DNA from: Deltaproteobacteria bacterium
GTDB taxonomy: Bacteria; Myxococcota_A; Polyangia; JACPQR01
DNA: 64,000 bases
Assembly (NCBI GenBank): GCA_016190375.1
Contig: JACPQR010000184.1
Coordinates: 1,370-65,369, forward strand
Reading direction: 5' to 3'
Shown: positions 40,081-49,612 of the stretch, in pieces
Numbering within the stretch: position 1 is the first letter of the stretch
How the letters are laid out: every line of letters starts with the position of its first letter
Position numbers and translations under genes: made by a program
Notes under the pieces: model-generated
The model's database searches: none
Told to the model about the DNA's origin: nothing
The model's input: the letters and a program-made list of their open reading frames with translations, nothing else

Positions 40081-41754
40081 CTAGTCCCCGCCGCCGCGAG
40101 CCCGCCGTCGCAGCGCGAAGGCCAGCACCGCAGCCAGGACGATCGCCGCCTCCGTGCTCTGCTTCGAGGTCATGCCCGCATGCCGGCACGCGCAGCTCGC
40201 AGTGTCGTCGCCTTCGCCCGCAGATCCCGGTCCGCCGTCGCCTTCGCCGCCAACGCCTCCGTCGGCTCCGGGATCGCCGGGTCCCACGCATCGGCCACCG
40301 CTGCAAGCTTGGCCGTCCGGGCACCGCGCGCCCTCGCACGAGTCCACGCACGATCCATCCTCGCAATGCGCGCCCGCCTCGCACCCGTCCGGGCACGAGG
40401 GGTCGACGCACTCGCCCGTCGCGGTGTCGCAGTCCAGCCCCGCCTCGCAGACCACGCCGTTGCACTGGCCGCAGCCCGAGAAGCAGATCCCCTCGCGGCA
40501 GACCTCGCCCTGAGCGCACTCGGCTCCCTCGCAGGGATCGACGCAGGCTCCGAGGCGACAACTTCGGCCCCAGGGGCAGACCACGTCCTCGCAAGGCGTC
40601 ACGCACTCCCCGGCCCGGCACACCGAGTCCGGCGGGCACGACTGCCCCTCGCAGCCCGGATCGACGCACAGGCCGGAGCTCGAGTCGCAGACCGTCTCCA
40701 CGGTGCAGTCGAACTCGTTGACGAGGACGCAGTCCGGCACGCAGCGACCGTCGTGGCAGATCTGCTGGTCCGGGCAGGTCGCGCCGTCGTCGAGCTCGCC
40801 GTCGCAGTCCGTGTCGAGGCCGTCGCACTGTTCGGGCTCGGGCGAGAAGAGCTCCTGGCAGACGACCTGGCCGACCTCGCACGCCGTGACACCAAACGCG
40901 CAGGTGCCGGTCAGACCCGTGTCGCACGAGGTGCCGCCCCCCGAGCACTCGACGCCCTCGACGCTGGTGACCAGGTCGGTGAAGTCGTTGTTGCTCCCGC
41001 CGTAGATGTCCTCCCACGCGAAGTAGAACTTCCGCTCCGTCACGTGGCTGTCGTAAATGAGGAGGTGGATGTACGAGTCGGGGCCGTTCTGATCCGGGTT
41101 GAAGGAGCGCTCCGAGTAGTAGACGTACCCATCTCCCTGCGCCAGGCGGTCGATGGACGCGCAGCAGTTTCCGCCCGCGCAGCTCCCGCCCGCCGAGTGC
41201 GACTCCGGCGTGAAGAGGAAGAACCCGACGTCGCCGCCCGCGTAGTCGGGCTCGTTCGCGATGTCCAGCACCACGGAGCTGCCCGGGGCATCGTCACAGT
41301 CGAGCATCGGATGCAGATCCTCCGGCTCGGGCGCGCTGCCGGTCACGTTGTACCAGCCGAACACGTCGTCGAAGAGCGCCGTGCCGCGCGTCAGGAGCGT
41401 GAACGTCAGCGCGCAGGTCGGCCGGAAGGTCTCGGGCGTCACGGAGGCCTCGGCGACCGGATCGAGCCCGCTCACGTTCGACGGGATGCACGTGTTGTCG
41501 TTGAAGCTGTGCCACATCGTGGTCTCGCACACGGCGTTCTGCCCGTCGTCGCAGGGACCGTCCTCGGTGGGGCAGACCTCGCCGATGTTGCACACGCCCG
41601 CCTGGTCGCATGCGCAGGCGAAGGTCGCAGCCAGCCCCGTGGGCCGCCCGGCGTCGCAGCCCGGTGGCGTGGGGATGGTCACGCCGTTCGGCTGATCGAG
41701 CGCGACGGCGGCCGCGGGCCAGGATGCTGCAAGTACGACGATCAGCTTGCGCAT
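40081..41754 (-). CDS. Secreted Cys-rich protein with MYXO-CTERM-like tail (DUF4114-like core)
   Basis: Signal peptide; FAWEDIYGGSNNDFTD; Cys-rich repeats; SCAC...hydrophobic-RRR tail. Confidence 0.75.
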   Translation of the reverse strand: MRKLIVVLAASWPAAAVALDQPNGVTIPTPPGCDAGRPTGLAATFACACDQAGVCNIGEVCPTEDGPCDDGQNAVCETTMWHSFNDNTCIPSNVSGLDPVAEASVTPETFRPTCALTFTLLTRGTALFDDVFGWYNVTGSAPEPEDLHPMLDCDDAPGSSVVLDIANEPDYAGGDVGFFLFTPESHSAGGSCAGGNCCASIDRLAQGDGYVYYSERSFNPDQNGPDSYIHLLIYDSHVTERKFYFAWEDIYGGSNNDFTDLVTSVEGVECSGGGTSCDTGLTGTCAFGVTACEVGQVVCQELFSPEPEQCDGLDTDCDGELDDGATCPDQQICHDGRCVPDCVLVNEFDCTVETVCDSSSGLCVDPGCEGQSCPPDSVCRAGECVTPCEDVVCPWGRSCRLGACVDPCEGAECAQGEVCREGICFSGCGQCNGVVCEAGLDCDTATGECVDPSCPDGCEAGAHCEDGSCVDSCEGARCPDGQACSGGRCVGPGDPGADGGVGGEGDGGPGSAGEGDDTASCACRHAGMTSKQSTEAAIVLAAVLAFALRRRARGGGD

Positions 41755-41782
41755 GATTCTGTCTCTCCAGTCCGGCGCCACG

Positions 41783-43711
41783 TCAACGCGTCGCGAGGAC
41801 GAGGCCGCCCCGCGGCGGAATCGAGAGCGGCGCGGTCACGTCGGCTTCGCCCAGGAGGTCGCGGTACTCGCCGGCCGGCAGCCCATCGGCCCCCGCGGGC
41901 GAGTCCGAGCGGTTCAGCGCCACCCACAGGACGTCCCCTCCGGCGCTCATCTCGTGAACGAGCACGTCGTTCGACGCGCCCAAGGGCCTCCGCGTCCCGC
42001 GCCGTGCCGCGGGGTGGTCGGCCCGGATTCGCGCGAGTCGCGAGATCCGATCGCGCAGCCACTCCTGGTCGGCCCCGAGGCCCTCCCACTGCATCGGGCG
42101 CCGGTTGTCCGGATCGCCCGCGCCGCTCATCCCGATCTCGTCGCCATAGTAGATCAGCGGGACCCCGGGCATCGTCATGAGCAGCGTGTACGCGAGCGCG
42201 ACCCTCTCGAACGGGTCGGGGCTCGAGGGCAGGGACGGCTGGTTCTCCCAGCCGCGATCCTTCCCGCTGTCCCACTCCCCGAACTGCGGCGAGCTCTCGG
42301 CGAGGTGAATCGCGCGGGGCAGGTCGTGGTTCCCGAGGAACGTCCCCATGATCGCTCCGGCCCCGTAGTAGTCGGCGTTCCCGCCGAGGAACGCGTCGAG
42401 ATCCGCCATGCGATCGAGCCGCATGAGGATCGTCCTCGCGACCTGGGCGCGCAGCGGAAAGTCGAACTGGCCATCGAGCTTCGTCGCGGGATCGACGTAC
42501 CGCCGCATCAGGTCGCGGTCCCCCGTGAACGTCTCGCCGATCATGTAGAAGTGCCGGTCGTCCGTCTCGACCTCGGCCCCCGTCTGGGCACGCAGATCGG
42601 TCAGCCACGAGTCCTCGATGTGCTTGACGGCGTCCAGCCGATAGCCGTCTATGCCGGTGTCCCGGATCCACTGGATCGCGTTCCCGACCGAGAACGCCCT
42701 GGCGTCCGCGTTCCGGAAGTCGAAGTCGGGCAGGTAGTCGCGGAACCAGCAGCGCAGGCGCTCGGGCTCTGCGTCCCAGGAGCAGCCATATCCGCAGACG
42801 CACCCGTCGAGCGGCCAGAACCAGTCCGGGTGGTCGGCGTAGACGGGGCTGTCCTGGTGCACGTGGTTCATGACGTAGTCGAGGACGATCTTCAGGTCGG
42901 CGGCGTGTGCGGCGTCCACGACCGCTCTCAGAAGGTCCAGGTCGCCCACGCGCGGCTCGACCTCGTCCATCCGGGTCGGCCAGTAGCCATGATAGGCGGC
43001 GTAGCTCCGCCCGTCCTCGCCGACCCCCGCCCGATCGGCGTTGTCGACGGGCGAGCTCAGCCACAGCGCGTTCACGCCCAGGTCCGTGAAGTAGCCGTCC
43101 TCGATCTTCTGCCGCACGCCCTCCAGGTCGCCTCCCCGGTAGTTGGCGACGGCCTCGACCTCGGCGACGGCGGAGTCGTTCGCCGGGTCGCCGTCGAGGA
43201 ACCTGTCGAGGAGGACGAAGTACATCACCGCGTCGCGCCAGTCGAACGACGTGGGAGGCGCATCGCAGCCGCAGCTCACCCGCCGTACCGAGTTGTAGCC
43301 GCCGTAGCCGTCGGGCTCGCGGTCGGGGTTCTCCGGATCCTCGATCCACTCGCCGCCGTTCACGAGGAACTTGTAGTGGACGACCTGCCCGTCCTCGAGA
43401 TCGAGCGTAGCGACGAACCGGTCCCCGCTCTGGACCATCGGGACGCCGACCTCCCAGCCGTCCGCGCGAAAGTCCCCGCGTAGCTCCGCGCTCGTCCTCC
43501 CCTCGCCCGCGAGGGAGAACTCCACCTCGCAGCTCGCGCAGGGATCGCCTCCCGAGTCGCGTCCGGCGGCGTCGCGACCCTCCGCTTCGGCGTCCGCTCC
43601 GGCGTCCTGGGCGGGCCCACCGGAGTCGGACCCGCCGGCTCCCGTAGCGCAGGCCGCGGCGACGCAGGCAAAGGGCAGAAACGCGACAGCTCCCGTGGCC
43701 CTCGACACCAT
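41783..43711 (-). CDS. GH13 alpha-amylase family lipoprotein with CBM48-like domain
   Basis: DYVMNH, GYRLDAVKH, IGET, GNHD; YKFLVNGGEW; lipobox AAC. Confidence 0.9.
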   Translation of the reverse strand: MVSRATGAVAFLPFACVAAACATGAGGSDSGGPAQDAGADAEAEGRDAAGRDSGGDPCASCEVEFSLAGEGRTSAELRGDFRADGWEVGVPMVQSGDRFVATLDLEDGQVVHYKFLVNGGEWIEDPENPDREPDGYGGYNSVRRVSCGCDAPPTSFDWRDAVMYFVLLDRFLDGDPANDSAVAEVEAVANYRGGDLEGVRQKIEDGYFTDLGVNALWLSSPVDNADRAGVGEDGRSYAAYHGYWPTRMDEVEPRVGDLDLLRAVVDAAHAADLKIVLDYVMNHVHQDSPVYADHPDWFWPLDGCVCGYGCSWDAEPERLRCWFRDYLPDFDFRNADARAFSVGNAIQWIRDTGIDGYRLDAVKHIEDSWLTDLRAQTGAEVETDDRHFYMIGETFTGDRDLMRRYVDPATKLDGQFDFPLRAQVARTILMRLDRMADLDAFLGGNADYYGAGAIMGTFLGNHDLPRAIHLAESSPQFGEWDSGKDRGWENQPSLPSSPDPFERVALAYTLLMTMPGVPLIYYGDEIGMSGAGDPDNRRPMQWEGLGADQEWLRDRISRLARIRADHPAARRGTRRPLGASNDVLVHEMSAGGDVLWVALNRSDSPAGADGLPAGEYRDLLGEADVTAPLSIPPRGGLVLATR

Positions 43712-43773
43712 GCGCACCTCCCGCGCGCCGCTTAGCAAGAACGCCCGGCTACTTCAAGGGCAGGCGACATCAC

Positions 43774-44001
43774 GGGTGCGTTGCACGGTCCCGGCTTTCG
43801 CCAGTCGTAGACGTAGACGTGGTCGTGGTCGTGGTCGTGGACTTTGACGGCGACGACTGCGTGGACGTCGGCGGCCCACGTTTGACGCGACCAGCCCCGC
43901 GTCAACCGGGGAGCGTCCAGGTCCACGTCCACGTCGCCGTCAAGGTCCACGTCAACGGCGACGGCGACGACCAGCGAAACCCCGGACCGTGCAAGGCACC
44001 C
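43774..44001. mobile_element. 228-bp MITE-like element, ~35-bp imperfect TIR, 9-bp TSD CGACATCAC
   Basis: GGGTGCGTTGCACGGTCCCGGCTTTCG... / ...CGAAACCCCGGACCGTGCAAGGCACCC; TSD at 43765-43773 and 44002-44010; internal inverted hexamer arrays. Confidence 0.9.
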
Positions 44002-44006
44002 CGACA

Positions 44007-44930
44007 TCACCGGCGCCGCAGCCGCTCGAGGACCTCGCGGAAGTCGTCGGGCGGCGGCTCCTGGAAACGCATCGCTTTCCCGGTGCGTGGATGGACGAAA
44101 CCGAGGACCTCGGCGTGCAGCATCGGCCGAGGTGCCTCGATTCGAGGCCCCTCGAAGGCGCGGACGTAGACGCGCTCGCCGACCAGGGGGTGGCCCGACT
44201 CGCTCAGGTGGATTCGGATCTGGTGCTGCCGGCCCGTCTCGAGCCTGCACGAAACGAGCGTCGCGCCTCGCAGGCGCTCGATCGGCGACACGTGCGTGAT
44301 CGCGCGCCGGGCGTCCGCGGGCGGCCGTCCCCGTGCAGGCCGGAACACGCCCCACGAGCCACGCAGCCCGTCGCCCCGGTCCCGCACCAGCAGGGTGTCC
44401 ATCGTCGCCTCGCGGACCTCGCCGTGGGCGATCGCCAGGTAGCGCCTCTCTACCGAGTGTCGCCTGAACTGCCGGTCGAGCTCTCGCTTCGCGGCGAGCG
44501 TCCGGGTGAAGACCAGGAGCCCGGTCGTGTCCTTGTCGAGGCGCTGCACCACCCCGAGCTGCGGGTCGTAGCGGCCGCCCCCCCGCCTGAGCGCTGCGCG
44601 CGTGAGGTCGACGAGCGTGTCCTTCTCGCCGGGCTCGAACGGGACCGTCATGCAACCGGCGGGCTTGCGCACGACGACGACCTCGGCGTCCGAGTGGACG
44701 ATCGCGTCGGGCGGCAGGGTCCCTGCCCGCCGGCGCGGCCCGCGCGGCTCGACCTCGACGGTGCTGCCGGCATGGAGCCGCCGGGCGGAGTCGAGCTCGA
44801 CCTCGCCGTCCACGAGCACGCGCCCGCTCGAGCACAGCTCGCGCGCGCGGGTCCACGGCGTGCCCGGCAGCGCCTTTCGCAACGCCGCCGCGACGGTGCA
44901 TGCCTCGGTCAGCTCGAGACGAGCCGTCAG
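44007..44930 (-). CDS. RluA family pseudouridine synthase with S4-like N-terminus (start uncertain)
   Basis: KPAG, QRLDKDTTG, LETGRQHQIR.H, LHA..LGF.HP. Confidence 0.9.
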   Translation of the reverse strand: MTARLELTEACTVAAALRKALPGTPWTRARELCSSGRVLVDGEVELDSARRLHAGSTVEVEPRGPRRRAGTLPPDAIVHSDAEVVVVRKPAGCMTVPFEPGEKDTLVDLTRAALRRGGGRYDPQLGVVQRLDKDTTGLLVFTRTLAAKRELDRQFRRHSVERRYLAIAHGEVREATMDTLLVRDRGDGLRGSWGVFRPARGRPPADARRAITHVSPIERLRGATLVSCRLETGRQHQIRIHLSESGHPLVGERVYVRAFEGPRIEAPRPMLHAEVLGFVHPRTGKAMRFQEPPPDDFREVLERLRRR

Positions 44931-45103
44931 CGCCGTCCCTTGAAGCCCATCATGTCCTGCACGACGGCCTCGCTGGCCTCCGCGATCTCCGCCTCCTCGC
45001 GCGCCCGGTCGGCGCAGTCCTCGCACAGCTTCTTGGCCTTTCCGGCGACCCTGACCGTCACGAGCTTCTCGACCTCGTCCCCGCACGACTTGCACGTCGG
45101 CAT
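44927..45103 (-). CDS. Small putative zinc-binding protein (58 aa)
   Basis: MPTCKSCG...KLCEDC; GGAGG SD. Confidence 0.75.
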   Translation of the reverse strand: MPTCKSCGDEVEKLVTVRVAGKAKKLCEDCADRAREEAEIAEASEAVVQDMMGFKGRR

Positions 45104-45149
45104 CGAGCTGTCCTCCGGCTGGCGAGCCATTGTAAAACAAAGCCACTCG

Positions 45150-47288
45150 ATGATCGCCGACCTCGCCAAGGAGCTGGGCCTCGGGCCCGAGCAGGTGTCG
45201 CGGACCCTCACCCTCCACGAGGGCGGTGCGACGGTGCCCTTCATCGCCCGATACCGCAAGGAGGCCACGGGAGGGCTCGACGAGGTCCAGATCCAGGCCG
45301 TGCTGGACCGGGCGGCCGAGATCGAGGAGCTCGAGGAGCGACGCGCCGCGGTCGTCCGCTCGATCGAGGAGCAAGGCAAGATGACGCCCGAGCTGGCCGC
45401 GGCGATCCGCGGAGCGCGGACCAGGGTCGAGCTCGAGGATCTCTACCTTCCCTACCGCCCGAAGCGCCGGACTCGCGCGTCGATGGCTCGCGAGAGGGGT
45501 CTTGGGCCGTTGGCTGATCTGATGTGGAGAAACGAACCGGTCCCGGGCGGCGATCTCCGGACCCTCGCTCAGCGCTTCGTCGACGCCGAGAAGGGCGTGC
45601 CCGACGTCGCCGCCGCGCTCGCGGGAGCCAGGGACATCTGCGCCGAGCGCGTGGCCGATGACGCGAATCTGCGCAGCATGGCCCGCGCGATGGCGCTCGC
45701 CAGGGCGCGCCTGCGCTCGGTGGCGAAGAAGAAGGATCTCGGTCCGTCGAAGTTCGACGCCTACCGCGATCATGACGAGCAGCTCGCGGGCGCTCCGTCG
45801 CATCGCGTGCTGGCGATCCTCCGGGGCGAGGCGGAGGAGCAGCTGCGCGTGCGGATCGAGCTCCCCGACGATCAGATCGCCCGCGCGCTCGAGGCGCGCG
45901 TCGTCAAGAAGCCTTCACCGTTCGCCGCCGAGCTCGCGGCGGCGGTCGCGGACGGCTGGGCGCGGCTGATGGGACCTTCGCTCGAGACGGAGCTACGGAC
46001 CTCGGCCAAGGAGCGGGCCGACGCGGAGGCGATCGAGGTGTTCGGCAAGAACCTCCGTCACCTCCTGCTCGCCCCACCCGCGGGCGGCAGGCGGGTCGTG
46101 GCGCTGGATCCCGGGCTGCGCACGGGGATCAAGCTCGCAGCCATCGACGAGACGGGGAAGCTCCTCGCGACCGCGACGCTGTACACCGAGAGAAGCCCAG
46201 AGGAGCGCGCCCGGGCCGGCGAGACGCTCCGCCGAATCCTCGATGGGCATCGGCCGGAGATGGTCGCGGTCGGCACGGGTACGGGTGGGCGCGAGGCGGA
46301 GGCGTTCGTGCGCGAGGTCCTCGGGGCCGCCGGGAGCAAGATCCCGATCGTGTCGGTCAGCGAGCAGGGCGCGTCCGTGTACTCGGCCTCGGAGGTGGCG
46401 CGCGAGGAGCTCGGGGACCTCGACGTGTCCCTGCGCGGCGCGGCGTCGATCGGCCGTCGACTTCAGGACCCGCTGGCGGAGCTGGTGAAGATCGATCCGA
46501 AGAGCATCGGCGTCGGTCAGTACCAGCATGACGTCGACCAGGCGCTGCTGAAGAAGAAGCTCGACGAGGTCGTGTGCTCCTGCGTCAACGCGGTGGGCGT
46601 CGACGTGAACACCGCCTCGCCCTCGCTCCTCGCCACCGTCTCGGGGCTCGGCCCGGCCCTCGCCAAGAAGCTCGTGGCGCACCGCGACCGGCACGGTCGT
46701 TTCCGGAGCAGGCAGGCGCTGCTCGAGGTGGGTGGCATGGGCCCGAGGACGTTCGAGCAGGCCGCCGGCTTCCTCCGCGTCCGGGGCGGCCACCCCCTCG
46801 ACGACAGCGCGGTGCACCCCGAGCGCTACGACCTGGTGGCGCGCATGGCAAGGGACGTGGCGGTGTCGGTCGCCGACCTCGTCGGCCACGGGGACCTCGT
46901 GCGCAGGATCGAGTGGCGCCGCTACGTGGGCCCGGACCTCGGCGAGCCGACCCTGCAGGACATCCTCGCGGAGCTCCTCAAGCCGGGTCGCGACCCGCGC
47001 GGCGACTTCTCGGCCCCCGCCTTCCGCGAGGACCTGCGCGGCCTCGAGGACGTGAAGGAGGGGATGGTCCTCGACGGCGTCGTCACGAACGTCACCGCGT
47101 TCGGGGCGTTCGTGGACGTGGGCGTCCACCACGACGGGCTCGTCCACGTCTCCCAGCTCGCCGCGCGCTTCGTCAAGGATCCGGCCGAGGTCGTCAAGGT
47201 CGGCGATCGGATCAAGGTCAAGGTCCTGAGCGTGGACCTCGCGCGAAAGAGGATGAGCCTCTCCGTGCGCGCGCTGCTTGCCAAGTGA
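45150..47288 (+). CDS. tex: Tex family RNA-binding transcription accessory protein
   Basis: ATVPFIARYRKE, DPGLRTG, KSIGVGQYQHDV, C-terminal S1 domain. Confidence 0.95.
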   Translation: MIADLAKELGLGPEQVSRTLTLHEGGATVPFIARYRKEATGGLDEVQIQAVLDRAAEIEELEERRAAVVRSIEEQGKMTPELAAAIRGARTRVELEDLYLPYRPKRRTRASMARERGLGPLADLMWRNEPVPGGDLRTLAQRFVDAEKGVPDVAAALAGARDICAERVADDANLRSMARAMALARARLRSVAKKKDLGPSKFDAYRDHDEQLAGAPSHRVLAILRGEAEEQLRVRIELPDDQIARALEARVVKKPSPFAAELAAAVADGWARLMGPSLETELRTSAKERADAEAIEVFGKNLRHLLLAPPAGGRRVVALDPGLRTGIKLAAIDETGKLLATATLYTERSPEERARAGETLRRILDGHRPEMVAVGTGTGGREAEAFVREVLGAAGSKIPIVSVSEQGASVYSASEVAREELGDLDVSLRGAASIGRRLQDPLAELVKIDPKSIGVGQYQHDVDQALLKKKLDEVVCSCVNAVGVDVNTASPSLLATVSGLGPALAKKLVAHRDRHGRFRSRQALLEVGGMGPRTFEQAAGFLRVRGGHPLDDSAVHPERYDLVARMARDVAVSVADLVGHGDLVRRIEWRRYVGPDLGEPTLQDILAELLKPGRDPRGDFSAPAFREDLRGLEDVKEGMVLDGVVTNVTAFGAFVDVGVHHDGLVHVSQLAARFVKDPAEVVKVGDRIKVKVLSVDLARKRMSLSVRALLAK

Positions 47289-47289
47289 C

Positions 47290-47322
47290 CTACATCGCCG
47301 CGCTCGAAAGCGACAGATCGTC
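47290..47322 (-). repeat. Diverged duplicate of the last 11 codons of the adjacent exbD-like gene
   Basis: Encodes DDLSLSSAAM*, identical to 47477-47509, with only synonymous differences. Confidence 0.85.
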
Positions 47323-47476
47323 ATTGAGCGCGGGTGGGTCTGCGACCCCCCCGCGGGCCCCCCCGCCGTGAAGCTCAGCGCGCTCGCTCACTGCAGTGAA
47401 TCCGCCTCCGTTCGCTGCTGCGTCGATACCGCGGGCCAGCATCGGCGTGGCCGCCGCCGATGCCAGCCCCTGACGA

Positions 47477-47941
47477 TCACATCGCGGCGCTCGAGAGCGA
47501 GAGATCGTCGAACCGGGCGGCGAGCGCCACGTCCATCGCGGCGACGATGGCCTCGTACCGGACGCCGTCCTCGGGCATCACCACCAGCCGCGCCCGCGTC
47601 ACCGTCTTGCGCAGGGCCTCGAGCTCGCGGCCGAGACGCGCCAGGTCGTAGCCGTTGGCCACCTTCGGAACCGCGATCCTGGAGCCGGCGCCGTCCGCGA
47701 TGGCGAAGCCTGCGTCGTTGATCTGCAAGGAGAGCCTCGCCTGGTCGGGCTCCGGAGCGCCGATTGGATCGACGCCGCCCTCCTGGGTCAGGTTCAGCCG
47801 CTCGAGCTGGGTCCAGACCGCCGTGATGATCAGAAAGGAGATGCAACAGACGAGGAGGTCGATGAAGGGAACCATGCTGACCTCGGAGTCGACCGCCTTG
47901 TGGCCCTTGGCGCCCTTGCCTGCCTCGATGGAGAGTGACAT
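47477..47941 (-). CDS. ExbD/TolR family protein
   Basis: MVPFIDLL...FLI; PEDGVRYEAIVAAMD. Confidence 0.88.
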   Translation of the reverse strand: MSLSIEAGKGAKGHKAVDSEVSMVPFIDLLVCCISFLIITAVWTQLERLNLTQEGGVDPIGAPEPDQARLSLQINDAGFAIADGAGSRIAVPKVANGYDLARLGRELEALRKTVTRARLVVMPEDGVRYEAIVAAMDVALAARFDDLSLSSAAM

Positions 47942-48198
47942 GCCGGCTTTGACAACGCCGCCGGCGCGCAGTTCACAGCCCGGTGGCGATCAGGAACGGG
48001 ACGAGAACGCCGAGCAGGCAGGCGCAGGGCGCGACCGCCAGGTACGGCGAGGCGCCTCGTCCTCGTCGTCTGCGGAAGTCGAAAGAGGACGGACCGATCG
48101 GTAGTAACACGCAGGGTTACGACAGCTCGCGTCGGGAGTCGTTCGTGACGAATTGCTTTCATGCGCTCGCTCGATGTGCGCTACCGTCGATGCCCGCA

Positions 48199-49074
48199 AT
48201 GAGCTCGCGTGCGTGCTTCCTGTTCGTTCTGCTCTCGGCATGCGCGCCCGGCGGTGACGACGACGATGACGATGACGAGTCGATCGACGGTGGCGGTCAG
48301 GACGCCAGCCTCGATCTGGACGCCGGGACCGACGCCCACGTGATGCCCGATGCCGCGCCGGTGGAGGACGACGTCCTCGTCTGGGCGCACTCCGCGGACA
48401 CGCTCTTCTCGTTCGAGCCCCGCACGGACAGGGTCACGTCGATCGGCCCGTTCAGGACGGCCGAGGGTGATGCGGCGCCACAGATGACCGACCTCGCGGT
48501 CGACAGCGCCGGCGAGCTGTACGCGTGCAGCAACGACGCCCTGTTCGCCGTCGACCCCGAGACGGCGACGACGACGTGGATCACCGACTTCGATGTCGAA
48601 GCCGACGTCAGGTTCTACGGCCTCACGTTCCTGCCGGAAGGCGTTCTCGATCCCGGGGTGGAGGTCCTCGTCGGCGCTACCTCGAACGGCGATTACTACA
48701 GGATCGACGAGTCCACGGGAGCGACCGAGCTGATCGGTCGCTTCAGCGACGACTACGGCCTGAGCGGGGACATCGTCTCGGTCGAGGACGCCGGGACGTT
48801 CGCCACGGTGAAGCGAGACGATCTCGACACCGACGTCCTCGTCCAGCTCGATCCCGAGTCGGGTGAGGTCGATCCGATCGGCACCGGTATCGGGTTCACG
48901 AACCTCTTCGGTCTGGCCTACTTCCGCCAGCGGCTCTACGGCTTCTCGTCGCGGGGCGAGCTGATCTGGATCGACATCGACACGGGGGAGGGCTCCATCG
49001 TGACAGACGAGACCGGGTCCGATCAGTTCTGGGGCGCCGGCGTGACCACAATCGCGCCGACCGGCCCGTTCTAA
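48199..49074 (+). CDS. Lipoprotein with acidic linker and probable beta-propeller
   Basis: LSAC lipobox, poly-Asp, repeated xIDxxTG blades. Confidence 0.7.
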   Translation: MSSRACFLFVLLSACAPGGDDDDDDDESIDGGGQDASLDLDAGTDAHVMPDAAPVEDDVLVWAHSADTLFSFEPRTDRVTSIGPFRTAEGDAAPQMTDLAVDSAGELYACSNDALFAVDPETATTTWITDFDVEADVRFYGLTFLPEGVLDPGVEVLVGATSNGDYYRIDESTGATELIGRFSDDYGLSGDIVSVEDAGTFATVKRDDLDTDVLVQLDPESGEVDPIGTGIGFTNLFGLAYFRQRLYGFSSRGELIWIDIDTGEGSIVTDETGSDQFWGAGVTTIAPTGPF

Positions 49075-49568
49075 GGTTCCTTCACATCGCCCTCGAGGTC
49101 CCAGCGCATCTGGCACGGCAGGTCGAGGAACTTCCCCGACGTGATCCCCATCTGGTCGGCGCAATCGGCGCCGGCCGACGCGGCGATCGCGAGCGCCTCG
49201 GTGCCGCTGAACGAGCCTGCCGCCGCACCGCTGATCTCGTCCACCTGCTCCATCACGCAGGGCGCAACCTGTTCGTTGCCGGCCCGCACCTGGATCGTCT
49301 GCTCGATCCGGAAGCGGTAGGTCCCTTGATCGTCGATGGTGCCCATCCACAGCACGCCGTCGGGGCGGATCCAGTAGCCGACCTCTCCGTCTCGCCTCAG
49401 CTCCACCTCGAAGTCCCTGGCCTCCGGCCCTTCCACCCCGGGGCCGCAGGTCGACTCGTCGAGGGACGCCGTGACCGAGTAGGTGCCGACGGGCTCGCCC
49501 GGGTACTCCGACGGGCAGCCAACCAGGACCAGCGCACCAGGAGCGAGGACCGCCAGCGAGAGCCGCAT
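49071..49568 (-). CDS. Hypothetical lipoprotein
   Basis: LVGC lipobox; 4 further Cys; host-like codon usage. Confidence 0.7.
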   Translation of the reverse strand: MRLSLAVLAPGALVLVGCPSEYPGEPVGTYSVTASLDESTCGPGVEGPEARDFEVELRRDGEVGYWIRPDGVLWMGTIDDQGTYRFRIEQTIQVRAGNEQVAPCVMEQVDEISGAAAGSFSGTEALAIAASAGADCADQMGITSGKFLDLPCQMRWDLEGDVKEP

Positions 49569-49612
49569 GACGTCACGCTAAGAGGATCGCGCGCGCGGCG
49601 TCAAAGAATCGG

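Noticed and set aside
43989-45149. Long N-terminal extensions of Tex (likewise Hsp70, dehydratase, CPBP, VWA, FAD oxidoreductase, P19 fusion) as novel fusions
   Set aside because: The extensions overlap other real genes; the family N-termini begin at internal starts.
48254-48279. (GAY)n trinucleotide run
   Set aside because: Encodes an ordinary poly-Asp linker after a lipobox.
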